Positions 50,059 to 61,900 of a stretch of DNA of 64,000 nucleotides are shown here, one piece after another. The stretch lies in the NCBI RefSeq assembly GCF_003704095.1, contig NW_020844421.1, forward strand, positions 1 through 64,000. Direction: 5' to 3'. The position numbers and the translations under genes are program-made. Under the pieces are notes generated by a model. It was not told the origin of the DNA and ran no database searches. It worked only from the letters and a program-made list of their open reading frames with translations. Positions within the stretch are counted from its first letter, which is position 1. The number at the start of each line of letters is the position of its first letter. Origin of the DNA: Pocillopora damicornis. Lineage: Eukaryota.

Positions 50059-50867
50059 AAATTTCTTTAATTTCCAGTGATCTTGATTTAGTCTAGCTAA
50101 CTGTAGTCTTATTTGTGCGTCAGTTCAGGCAGGTGTACAGGTAAACTTGGTCTAGATTGTCCTTAAGAGTCAAGTAATAAGCCTATTATTTACATTGGTT
50201 CTTTTCGGGACAGTAGCAATTTTTTTCCTTTTCTTTTTTAGTCACACAACAACAAGTTCAAAACCAGTATGTGCAGGGATCACACTTGGGGGGGATGTCC
50301 AAGAGGTCCCCACTGTACATTTGCTCACTCAAAGGAGGAGCTAGAGAAGTGGGTGTTGATCTGATTCTTTGCTTTAAAGTTTGCAAATTAATGTTTTTCA
50401 TGCTAAGCTATTCTCAGGTCCAAATACTAATGTGTGTTTTTTTTGTTGCATTATCCTAAAGTCTAATTTCCAAATCCTACAATAAATATTTGGACATGAA
50501 TCACAAATGACCTCTTACTAACTAGTATTATCAGCCATGTCCCAAATTCAAGTTTCCTTCTATGATCATGGGCTGTTTATTATGTCTTGGAAAAATGATA
50601 ATAAATACTGATCTAAACATGATTTTTTTCAACGACCAGGGTTTGAGCATTAATCCTTGTTCTTCATTAACGCGCATCACTTTTAATCGCAGGTTTGGTA
50701 AAAGAAGAGCTCAGAGGCCTCGGCCCTCACCCATTGGTAGAGGACCAGTACCATCTGTGGCACCAGATCAGTTTTCACCCCTTGAAAATGGTTGTGATGG
50801 CAGTCCAACAGCTACCCAGGCTCCTACAAATTGTGTCAACGGCTCTGCAAGATCATCTCCTCTTTAA
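47475..50867 (+). CDS. RC3H1: Roquin (RC3H family), C-terminally truncated: RING + ROQ/HEPN + CCCH, ~513 aa, 8 coding exons
   Basis: Exons 47475-48272, 48465-48512, 48687-48839, 49084-49216, 49471-49556, 49960-50001, 50242-50348 and 50693-50867 splice in phase. Motifs: [16 protein letters not shown]...CPTD; [15 protein letters not shown]; [17 protein letters not shown]; [21 protein letters not shown]; [19 protein letters not shown]; KFKTSMCRD...CPRG..CTFAHS. A probable 5' non-coding exon ends ~46168. The symbol denotes the family only. Confidence 0.92.
50018..50058. repeat. (GTT)n microsatellite in a Roquin intron
   Basis: About 13 uninterrupted GTT units. Confidence 0.95.
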
Positions 50868-50899
50868 ATTTCTCCTGGTAAGGAGAGATGAAAATTTTT

Positions 50900-51849
50900 G
50901 TTCATCGGTTTTTTTGGTGAGGAAGTAATTGCTTCCGCGTATAGGGGGAATATGCATCTTCAAGAAACTGTAGATTACTAAATAAATTCGAAGTTAATAG
51001 TGTTTCAAATGATATTTCTTTTGACGGTAAAGATCTTCCTAAGGAGACCTAATCGCTGACGAGATGTCCTGAGAGAATGGCTGTTTTGGCTTAAGNNNNN
51101 NNNNNNNNNNNNNNNNNNNNNNNNNNNNNNNNNNNNNNNNNNNNNNNNNNNNNNNNNNNNNNNNNNNNNNNNNNNNNNNNNNNNNNNNNNNNNNNCAATA
51201 GGAACTCACTACAAGAAAACATGCCTGCAGCGAGGGAAAATACGATTTAGCAGGTGGCTACTGGTTTAAGTTTTGAATCCAATTGTTTTTAAAGTGACGT
51301 GAGTTTCCTAAAACAATCACTTATTCAGAGCAATCCCTAATTACTTTCGACATCTAATTGGAAATTTTTCTTTAGAATGTATTTCGATCGAGCGTCATTA
51401 AACTAAGGTCAACGTCAGATCACAACGACCAATCTGAAGAAAAAATATAACTAGGCAAATGGAACCCCAGTATAAGAGGACTGTCCCCTTCAACAAAATC
51501 TGCTATGAGGGCTAGAAATAACAACGACTGTTTATGAAACCCTTAGATGTAATTTACTGATCCATAAGTGTGATTTTCAGAAAACATGTGCTCTAAAAGC
51601 AATGATTTGAACTAAATTCTTCTTTACCGATTTTTTGGAACCCAGTACCAGTCACCTTTCTCGTTCCACTCCTTATCTTGCAGAGACGACGAAGAAAATT
51701 CCCTAGGGTCTGGACCCAAATAGATTAGCATTTTCAGCGCCATTTTTGAAGCGAACAGAATCAACATGAATAGTTCATTTGCTCTTGCAGTTTATTCCTG
51801 CATTTAGCGGAAGGGTGTGATAAAGACAAGTTAATTGTCCTTCCTAGCC
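50900..51849 (+). repeat. Segmental duplication copy B (interrupted by N gap 51096-51195)
   Basis: ttcatcggttttttt..ggaagtaatt...tatagggggaatatgcatc...; agacctaatcgctgacgaga; ggaactcactacaagaaaacatgcctgc; tcacctttctcgttccactcc...cagcgccatttttgaagcgaacag...ttaattgtccttcct all recur colinearly from copy A. Confidence 0.9.
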
Positions 51850-51857
51850 ACTGCTAG

Positions 51858-54800
51858 ATGGAAACTGATCCAAATTACGAGTTTGAAGCTCCAAAATGGG
51901 TCGACTTTACGGAAGATTTCGAAGATGAATTCAATGACTCGGGGTACGTTCAGTATTTTGCGAAAAGTTTGATTTGATGTTCTTAAAAATGGCATCGACT
52001 GATTGAATTGGTTACGATGTTGTTTGTAGATTTACTATATTAATTTTTTTTCCTTTGTATAACTTTTGTGTAATGCACAGAAATAATATATTTAAAACAT
52101 GAAATGTTTCGCTTTGCAGTCAGTAATGTATCGCCGTACGTTAATTTATATTGAAGCTTAAATATTTTGTAACTTTTAACGTCACTTCTTCATTGAATTT
52201 TTCTCAATACAGGAAGTTAGTGTAGGAAAACTTAAGCTTATCAGCTCTTCTTTTTGTTGCATCAATCGCGTTTTTGTTCTGATTTCTCAATGAAAGTTGA
52301 GCATTGCCATTATAATCACTTTCCTTTAACTCTCATTGCGGCAAAATGCATTATGTACAGAAATCTGCATGAAAGCTAAATGCCAAATATATGATGTTTT
52401 CAATTAAAAAAAATGAGATTTTAATGTTGTAGTTCCTAGGCTTAAACGCTTTCCAATGTGATGCAAACATTAGCAACATGTACATGTGTTTTGATTGGTC
52501 ATTAGTTATGATCTACTGGAGGACAGATGCATAGATAACGTCACTATTAACCCTTTAACTCCCAAGATCTCATTAGTAATTCTCCTTACTCTTTGCCATA
52601 TACTTCTTGTGATGTTAGTTTGGAGAATTTGGTATTGGATCAACTAATAATCCCTTAGCTAATATTTTTCTTTATTCTCATCACTCGTCTGCTTGATATT
52701 GTATTAACCCTTTAACTCCCAGAAGTGATTAACATGTCACTTCTCCCTATAATATCTATGCATTATCCAGCAAACAGGTAATGAGAATACTCAAACTCAT
52801 CAGGTAGGAGATATTACCTTGATTGAACACCAAATTCTCGTAACCAATTTACAAGAAAAAGTGTAGCAGCTAGAGGGGAGAATTACCAATCAGATCTTGG
52901 GAGTTAAAGGGTTAATATTGTAAGGAGAAATTCTGTCCTGGTCACTCATGTTGCCATGTGTCTGTTCAGGTATAGATAAAAGAAGATGATGAAATGTGGC
53001 GAGAACATCAGTGAAACATTCTGGTGCAGTTTGTATGCCACTGTTTTCATTCTTGCTTCATTATGACATCATCTCTGATCCATTACTGAACAGACACAAG
53101 GAAGCAACTTTTGAGTCTATTTGTGAAGCTGATTTTGTAACTGAATTTCTTCACAGTCTGAACAGTTCATGGTTTGAGAAAGTCCATCCACTTCATGAAC
53201 CAAAGGACCCATCACATCACGATGCAACTACCAAGCCACTACTTGCTGCTGCCCAAGTCGACAAGCCTGCCACAAGCTCAAAACCACAGCCCAATAAACT
53301 GAAGAAAAATTACAACAGCAAAAAGTCTCTTGGTATAAAGTCAATTCGAACACAACGTGGAGAACATGAGGGCATGAATAATAGAGAGAACAGTGGAAAA
53401 GTGCAAAGAGATGTGAAGTCATCAACAGCTAAAAAAGATGAAAAGAAGACCACACAAAGAAGTAGTTCTGAGGAGGGGAATTTAACTCCTGAAAGATTAA
53501 GACATCACAAACAGTGCAGTTTTACACCACCATGGACAAACTCCCCTCATAACAGACCAGGTAAAGATACCTCTCACTAACTGAGTTCAAGGTCCGTACT
53601 GTACATGTAAGTTACTGACCAGGTTTTATCTGTTTGGATTTTTGGCATGTGTGAAAAATGCAAGGGCCATTAATCTGAGCAGGAAAAAGCAAGGTTCTGT
53701 AACTTACAGTATGGACTAAGAAAATGAGTTTATATTTGTAATATTATTATATTTCCAGGTTCAAATAGAGGGAAAAGATTTTAATTCAAAGAAACTTTTG
53801 AATTGTATAGAGAACAGTCTGTGGAATATGTATACCAATGTCAGGATGGAACTGGTTAAAATTTCTTTTTTTTACATTTCAGAAAATGCATCACATGCTA
53901 ATAAGAAAGATGATAGAAGCAGTAGCCTGAACAACATGGCTGTCTTTTCTCCCCAACGTGTGCCTACTAATCAGTCCCCAATGTCTCCTGCACCAGTGCA
54001 AAGTGTTAAAAGGTCTTACACAGAATATGCTTCTTCACCAAAGACATCTCTGCTATCAAAGGCTGTCAGTGGATATCAGAAAGGAAATCAACCTGGAAGG
54101 AAAAGAAGACTGTTGCCTGCCATTCCCAGTATAAACAAGAATAGTCCAGGTAGTATTTGTACAAGTCCTGCATCACCTACTCAGCCGCATTATCAAATTG
54201 AAGGCAAAGAGGGCAAAATGAATGATCAAATGTTCTCCAAAGAGGCTGCTTGTAGTGTTTCTAACATGCCTCTTCGAGCAGTAGATTTGTCACAAGCCGC
54301 AAGTCAAGATCACTCTCTAGGACACCTTCAGAGTAACAATACTATTAAAAGAGAATTTCAGGACAAAAATATGTTCAGCCAAAGACCTTTAGAAGCAATA
54401 CATGAAAACAGTGCAAGCAAAGAAAAACCAAGCCAGCCCCTCGCACAAACAGATGGTGAAAAGAATGCATCCTCAAAGCATAAAATGGTAACACAATCTC
54501 ATGATGTTAGTCTGGAAGCACTGTTAAAACAACACAACAAGAAAATTGCAGCTGCAAGGAATAAGTATGATGAAAATGGCCGCAAAATCAGAACTGCAGA
54601 GCCAAACTTTTGTCCTGCACCAGGCCACAAGTCCATATCTTCATCATCCACAGTATTGTCACCATCTGCTGCTTGCAAGAGGCCCACAACAGCTGTGGAA
54701 CCTGTGGTTGGTGTGAAGCAGAAGCGCCGCTCTTGTGTTGCTGCTGTGAGCAGCACACAAAGTGAAAAAGCTACATTTAAGACAAACTCATCATCATCAA

Positions 54801-54964
54801 ACATAAATAGGAAGGGCAAGGAGGATGTTTGTAAACAAACAGTAAAGCAGAAACGTCGTTCATGTGTTGCTACATTTGGAAATAGTGGAAATGCAAAGTT
54901 AGACAAAGAACTGCGAGATTTAATTGCCCAACATAATTCAAAAGTTAAGGCTAAGAGGTCTTAG
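51858..54964 (+). CDS. TPX2-like protein: N-terminal Aurora-A-binding-like motif plus a basic, disordered body (~523 aa, 3 exons)
   Basis: Exons 51858-51943, 53157-53560 and 53883-54964 join in phase. N-terminus METDPNYEFEAPKWVDFTEDFEDEFNDSG|LNSSWFEKVHP resembles the TPX2 YSYDAPSDFINF...DSWFEEK motif. Confidence 0.75.
52547..52950. mobile_element. Nested MITEs: inner element 52708-52911 with TTAA target duplication inside an outer CMITE
   Basis: The outer body is interrupted at ...gatattgta[TTAA ccctttaactccc...gggagttaaaggg TTAA]tattgtaaggag... Confidence 0.9.
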
Positions 54965-55925
54965 ATTTTTTTGTGTACAGAGCTCAAGTAATTTAAATTA
55001 AAGTTGTAGGAATGTGGGATTGTAAATGTACATATACTTGTCAGTCAATTATCAAATGATTTAGATTTGATACTGGAATGCAAATCAGCACAAGACCATT
55101 TTAAACAAAGTGGAAACAGGGTGCATTACAATTGGCAATGCTTGTTACAGGCATTTATCCAATCTGTCTTTCAACAACATGAAACTGAATTAAGAAGCTG
55201 TCCTTTATGTGCTCCTTGTAAAAGTTGGCAAATTTTTTGTAGGTTTGAGATTTAAAATAATATAACATTTTTCTTGTGGATTTTTCCCAAGATGTGGTAA
55301 TACTTCGGGAGAATTTTAACTTCAGGAGTTAAATACATGCATGTTTGACCAGATTTAACACTGGTTTGAGATAATTCTTTGTGATATAGAGGTAGCTCAG
55401 TTGTGAATGCACAATCTTAAATAAATATCTCATTATCCAAGATGTATCAGTACTCATAATCAATTAATTATTCACAATTTTTACCTCACAAAGATGTAAT
55501 CTTAAGCCTGAAAACAATCTTTTCTGTACAAAAAAAAGAATTTAAAAGAGTTTCTTGCAAACATAGGATTTACCCTGTGGAATGCATGACTGAGGAAAAA
55601 TAGTTGATTTTTGGAAATTTTTGGAAATTTTTGGAATACTGTTTTTCAAGACAAAGACATTCTGAATTTCGTTTCAATATCACCCAGTTTTGATCCACCT
55701 GAAAAACTGAGGTTGAAATGCCCAATAATTTTTAACAGATGCTGACTTTGTGCCAATTACGATGATCAGGATTTAAGACGATCTAAGATGAGTCACAGAC
55801 GATGCTGTTTTCTAGGTCAGCAGTTGCTTTTCGAAGTCCACACGACAACGAGGCCGCACCGCCATCTTAGAATTTCTCCAAGGTTTTTTCCAACTTACGG
55901 TTAAAGTTGAATAACTTTTGTGGAG

Positions 55926-58900
55926 ATGTCGTTACTGAATAAGAAAAAGAAGTCTTTTATTGGAGTACCTGCTCCTCTTGGCTACGTACCCGGTCTTGGA
56001 AGAGGGTTCGTATTTGAATATAATTTCTGAATTCGTGTACTAAAGGAATCAAAAGATGTCACGCATTTCATGCCAGTGAAGTAATTTTGTAACCGCTCTA
56101 AGCAACAATGTGCTTGAATTTCGCAGTGCTACTGGCTTTACGACCCGGTCAGATATCGGTCCTGCTAGGGATGCTACGGATATAAGGTGAGAATCTTGCC
56201 AAACTTATTCAGGTGCTTATAATATGAACATGATAATATGATCAACATGATGATTGCATGAACGACAATAAAAAGTTGTATATGATAAATTTGGGTATTC
56301 TCATTACTTTTTTGCTGGATAATGTAAGGATATTATAGGGAGAAATTACGTTTTAATCACTTCTGGGAGTTAAAGGGACAGCTGAAATATTATCAACCTG
56401 GATGGGGGAGTTCTTCCTTAACCCTGCGTGTCATGTGTTTGCCTCTCATTATATGTTGTAGATTAATACTCTCATTTGAATCAACAGCGATGAGAGGCAT
56501 GGAAAACCAGGCTTTGCAAATGAAAAGAAGCCTCAAGAGGAAGATGAAGAGGAAGATTTAAATGACACAAATTATGACGAGGTACATCAACATGGATATG
56601 CATAATTTTGTAATTTTTGTAGCTGGGTATAGTGCACTAGGGGTCACTATGTGGTGTTGTTTGGAAAGAACAGATGGAAATAATAACTAGACAAGTTGTG
56701 GGTCTGGACCCAGTTGTTTGAAGGCCGATTAGCACCAACCCAAGGTTAAATTTTAATATAGGTTTCTTTATTCTTTTATTCAAAAGCCTTTTTGGGTTAA
56801 TTTTCTGTGTTCTTTTAAGAGCATCCAAACAAAAAGAAATTTGACTGAAATTTTTTTTAAAGCTTTCAGATCTGAAATGAGATTTCACACTAACCCTGGA
56901 TTATCTTAACCCAGCTTTGAACAACCTGGCCCTGGCTAACTTTTTATCTGATCGTAAACCCTCATCAGCCTTTGTAATGGATCTAAAAAATCTGATTAAA
57001 AGTAAAATGTTGATTGTGATAACTGTGTAAAAGTTTGCAGGATATGGTGGAAGCTTGTTCTCAAGCTGTCCTTATGAGAAAGATGATGAAGAAGCAGATG
57101 CCATTTATGATTCCATTGATAGAAGAATGGATGATAGAAGAAAAGAGAGAAGGTATGATGTTCTACACAGAGATAAATTACTGTGTACAGCTTATATATT
57201 GTATGGGTGTTCTTACGGGATCCTCTGAATATAGGTGGTTAAATGTGAATTTTTTTTGGCTTCATTTTCATTTTAGAGAGAAACGTTTTAAGGAAGAGAT
57301 TGAGCAATATCGTCAGGAAAGGCCTAAGATTCAGCAGCAGTTTTCTGATCTCAAGGTATTAGTTTTTGGTGTCGTTTTTGAGTATGATGGCATGGTACAT
57401 TTTAATAATAGAATTGCTGTGGACATTCAAAGCAACCAATCAGAAATTGAATAACTACTTGTGTCTTTGTTTTCAGCGGAAACTGGGTGAGGTATCTGAA
57501 GATGACTGGTTGAGTATTCCAGAAGTTGGTGACTACAGAAACAAGAAGCAGAGAAATCCAAGGACAGAAAAGTGAGTTGATTATTACAGAATTCACCATA
57601 GAAAACTCTGTATAACTGTTTGTTAATGATTACAGTGCTCTATTCATTCTTTTTACATGGTTTTTTTTCTTTTGACAATTCTCCTGTAGATTTACTCCAG
57701 TTCCTGACAGTGTCCTGCACAGTGCACTGATAAGTGGCGAGAAAATAACAACTCTTGACTCACGGCAACAGGTAGTGGAGAGTGTAAAGCCAAATCAAAT
57801 TGTTTTTGCTGCAGCAGCATATTTATTTTATGTTATTGGAGTAAAAACTTTTATGTGCAAATAGATGCCAGCTTTCCATGAGTGTATTCAACTGATGGAT
57901 CTGATTCCATGATTTTTGCTTTTAAAAGATTATTTGGTACAAATGGAATAATTGTTGACTCACAATTCTCTTTCTTGTCACAACAAATCATCATCCTGAG
58001 TGCACCATAATTTCTCCTTTTTTTTTTTTTCAAGAAATTTGGTGGTTTCCAGACTCCTTTCCCTGGAGGTATCACACCTGGAGGAATGACAACAGGTTTT
58101 TCAACACCATCAGCAGATCTTGACTTGATCAAAATTGGAGAAGCTAGAAAATCACTTGTTGGTGTTAAGCTAGATCAGGTTTGTAACTGTTTGTGAGGTA
58201 TTTGTATGCNNNNNNNNNNNNNNNNNNNNNNNNNNNNNNNNNNNNNNNNNNNNNNNNNNNNNNNNNNNNNNNNNNNNNNNNNNNNNNNNNNNNNNNNNNN
58301 NNNNNNNNNAACTGCACACTTTCCTTAGGTTGGATAGCTGCTGCCCGATTGGAGGAAGTGACAGGCCGCATGCAAGCTGCACGAAACACAATCATGAAAG
58401 GGACAGAAGTTTGCTCAAAGAACGAAGATGTGTGGCTTGAGGCTATTCGTCTGCAGGTTTGTTTCTCTTTCCAAGTTTCAAGTTTCTACTCTTTGAAAGA
58501 TTAGGAAAAAGTTGAACAAAGGACCTCCCGACCCTACCAAAAGTACATTATCGTAGTATGGTCTTGTGTTTTGTGAGATAAGGATATTTTCTCGCGAGAA
58601 TCACTGAAAGTGCACATTTGAAAGAAATCCTGAACAACGACGGATGGCATAAGAGCATAGACTTGCGGCCAAATAACGTAGTTGGTAAAGGGCTTTTGTT
58701 TTGTAATGTTCTGCAGCATGTGTTTAGGAGGCCAAGGTAGAAAATTTGGGGAAGTTCTTGTCCTGATTATTTGTTACTACGTGCTAGCCTTTTTGAAACC
58801 CTATCTTGGTCTTGAAGAATCTATTCTTGATCTCATTTCATCTTACCTTGTTGCAAAACATTTTAACACTTGTGCAGCTTCTTGTCGAACAGCAGAGGGG

Positions 58901-61900
58901 AACAATCCCTTTTTAAACCACGATATATGTTTTGATTGGTGTGATAGTCCGAAAGAAAAATTGTGTAGATGTTAGCATTCGAGCTTCATTTGTTATAAGA
59001 GGACCAGTGGTGATTAAATTGAATCAAGATTGAAAAAAAAATGTAGGAAGATGTTTTGACAATTTTAGGCCATCTTGACCCGATGAAAAATGTAAGTTAC
59101 TTAAATATATTATTGTATATTATTAAAGCACTAATGTCAGACAGGAGATGTAGATGCGCTTGAATCGAATAATCTCTTAATCTCCTCTTCGTAGCCCCCC
59201 GAGACAGCCAAATCCGTTTGCGCTCAAGCAGTTGGTCAGCTTCCTCAATCTGTCCGATTGTGGATCAAGGCTGCTGCTCTTGAAGATGAGACTAAAGCAA
59301 TGAAGAGAGTGTACAGAAAAGGTAAGAGAAGGAAATGATCCCATCTGCAGGTAAATTCCCTTTGCCGTATTTGCTAACAGTAACTGCTTTCGAGACGCAT
59401 CACGCGCGTTTGTCTTAAAAAAAAAAACAAAAACAACAATACAACAACAAAATAAATTAATGTGAGACAAAAACCGCCCTTTACATCGGGAGTGAGTTAG
59501 TCGTGAGACAAACGTTATTTTGTTAACTCACAATGAATAACCACGGTCTATTTGTTTTTTGTCGGTGTTTCTTGTAGCTTTGGAGCAGATTCCAAACTCG
59601 GTTAGGATTTGGAAAGCTGCTGTTGAGTTAGAAGGACCTGAGGATGCGCAGATTATGTTAAGCAGAGCAGTAGAATGCTGTCCCACAAGTGTAGAGGTAA
59701 AGGTCTTCCTTATTTCTCAAGGCGTTACCAATTAATTATCTATTCCGGTCACCCTAGAGGACAAAGAAAAGCATTAAAAGAGAACTGAAAGTAACAATGA
59801 GTAACCGACTGAAAGCGCGGGAAAACGCGGTTTGCTAAGCCGCGTTGGGTTTTAAATTTGTTTCTGATTGGTTGAGAGGATGGGGCGCATATTTTTTGCC
59901 AATCGCAGTAGCAATGTAAAGCAAAACCAGTGAACCTCACAAAGTAAAACTTTTATTCTTGGCCGAAGGCTGCAGGAATGCAAATACAAGGTGGTCATCG
60001 GATAATTGTCCGTTTAAATTCAGGGGTTGGTTGTTCGAAAGGCGGCCAGCTTTGTCCAAGAGTAATATCCGTCTCTGTTTTTCGCGTGAGGCAGTTTGAC
60101 AGAGTGTTTTTGATCGACCAAATTGGTAACTTATCACGTCCAATCTAGTCCCTGTCCCAGAAAATGTGAACTGTCAAAAGTTATTTGTAGGTTTGCTGAC
60201 CCCGTCCGTCTCTCTAATCATAATTTCACGAGAATACTGGAAACAACTCATTTGTGTCTGTTTTCTTCATAGCTTTGGCTCGCGCTCGCGCGACTGGAGA
60301 CTTATGAAAATGCAAGGAAGGTAGGCAACACTCAGTGTTTAAAGAAAATTTAATTTATTTCAATGCAGCTGTAAAGCTGAGCATTGTATTTCTTACACCT
60401 TGTGTTATATATGTTTATGTAGGTTTTGAACAAAGCTCGAGAGAATATCCCAACTGACAGGCAGATTTGGATAACTGCGGCCAAACTGGAAGAAGCTAAC
60501 AGCAATCTTCCTATGGTGGAGAAAATCATTGACAGAGGTACAAACCGACATATAAATACGTATTTTCCAATTGGTAATTAATTCAAGAAACGAACTGATT
60601 TTTGCTGTGAACTTTCTCAGGACAGCTCTTTTTTCCGGGTCGGAATTGTTTGCTACGTTTTCCGTTGAAATTTTGGGCGCGAACTGGACGCGTGGCTGGC
60701 CGAAATTTATCCCCTTGCGCACGCCTGATGTTCATTTGACCGCTGCGTTGAGGAGAGGCAGCACTCTTAGTTACTTCATGCCACGAAAACCGAAATATGC
60801 TTCAGTGGTTAGAGCCTCCTGGCTTGTGCGTAAGACCTCGCCTTACCTCGTTACGTTGTCAATCCCCTGTGAGTTGTTCAGTTTCACATGCGCATTCTTT
60901 GTTTCTCTTCAGCTGTAACGTCATTGAAAGCTAATGGCGTGGAAATTAACAGGGATTTGTGGATAAAAGATGCGGAGGAAAGTGAGAAAGCAGGCAGCGT
61001 GGTCACATGTCGAGCCATTATGTAAGTAATAACTTTTGAGGAGTTGAAGCGGTTCGCGATCGAGTGTTGCAAAGTTGACACCAAACTAACCACATAAGCT
61101 AATAGGAGCGAAGGAAAATATCGCAAGTGGTCATGAGAAATCCAAGTAAAAACAAGCAAACTACCAGGAAATGTGCGGGAAAACGTTAGTGGCTAAGTTT
61201 CGATCGTTTTAAGTTTACCATCTGATTGGCTCAGAAGCTGAAGCGTGTTTTCTCGGCCAATCAAACCATTGCAATGCGGGTTACTTATGACACTCATTCG
61301 AGAAATGTTCTTCGTTGAGAGGAGTGCAACTAAAAAACATAAGCGTTTAATGTATATGTTTGTCGCTCTAAATCCAATAATTTTGTTTTCAGAGATACTG
61401 TTATAGGTATTGGTGTTGAAGAGGAAGACAGAAAGCACACTTGGATGGAGGACGCAAATAGTGTAAGTACAAAATCAAATCAGCACATTTTATATCAAAT
61501 AATTATCCGCACTTTTCTTTTGTTGGAGACGTGCTACCCTAGTGGTAAGCAGGTTTAAATCTAGCCGTCGTCAATTAATTTTTTCACTCAGTCAGGAGAT
61601 TGAATGTCCGCGAAACTGGGGATGGACTTTCACGGACCAACAGTCGTTCTAGGCAGTACTACAAGTCACTCCACTCTACTGAAACCACAATAAACTCGCG
61701 CAGCTATGCAAATCTGTTTAGTAGCCGGAGTTGATATTTTTCACAAATCTGCTGATGAACTTTTTCTCTATCATTAGCCAATTTTGAGAGGCTGTCTTTT
61801 ATTTTCTATTTTTTCGTAGTGTATCGCCAATAATGCGTTTGAATGTGCAAGAGCCATCTATGCGCATGCTCTGTCCGTGTTCCCCAGTAAAAAGAGCGTT

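Noticed and set aside
52996-53156. ORF-track N-terminal extensions of the TPX2-like exons (52996-53156 and 53798-53882)
   Set aside because: They lie upstream of clear AG acceptors and are intronic read-through of the frame.
496-58504. ORFs containing X runs
   Set aside because: Artefacts of translating through N gaps.
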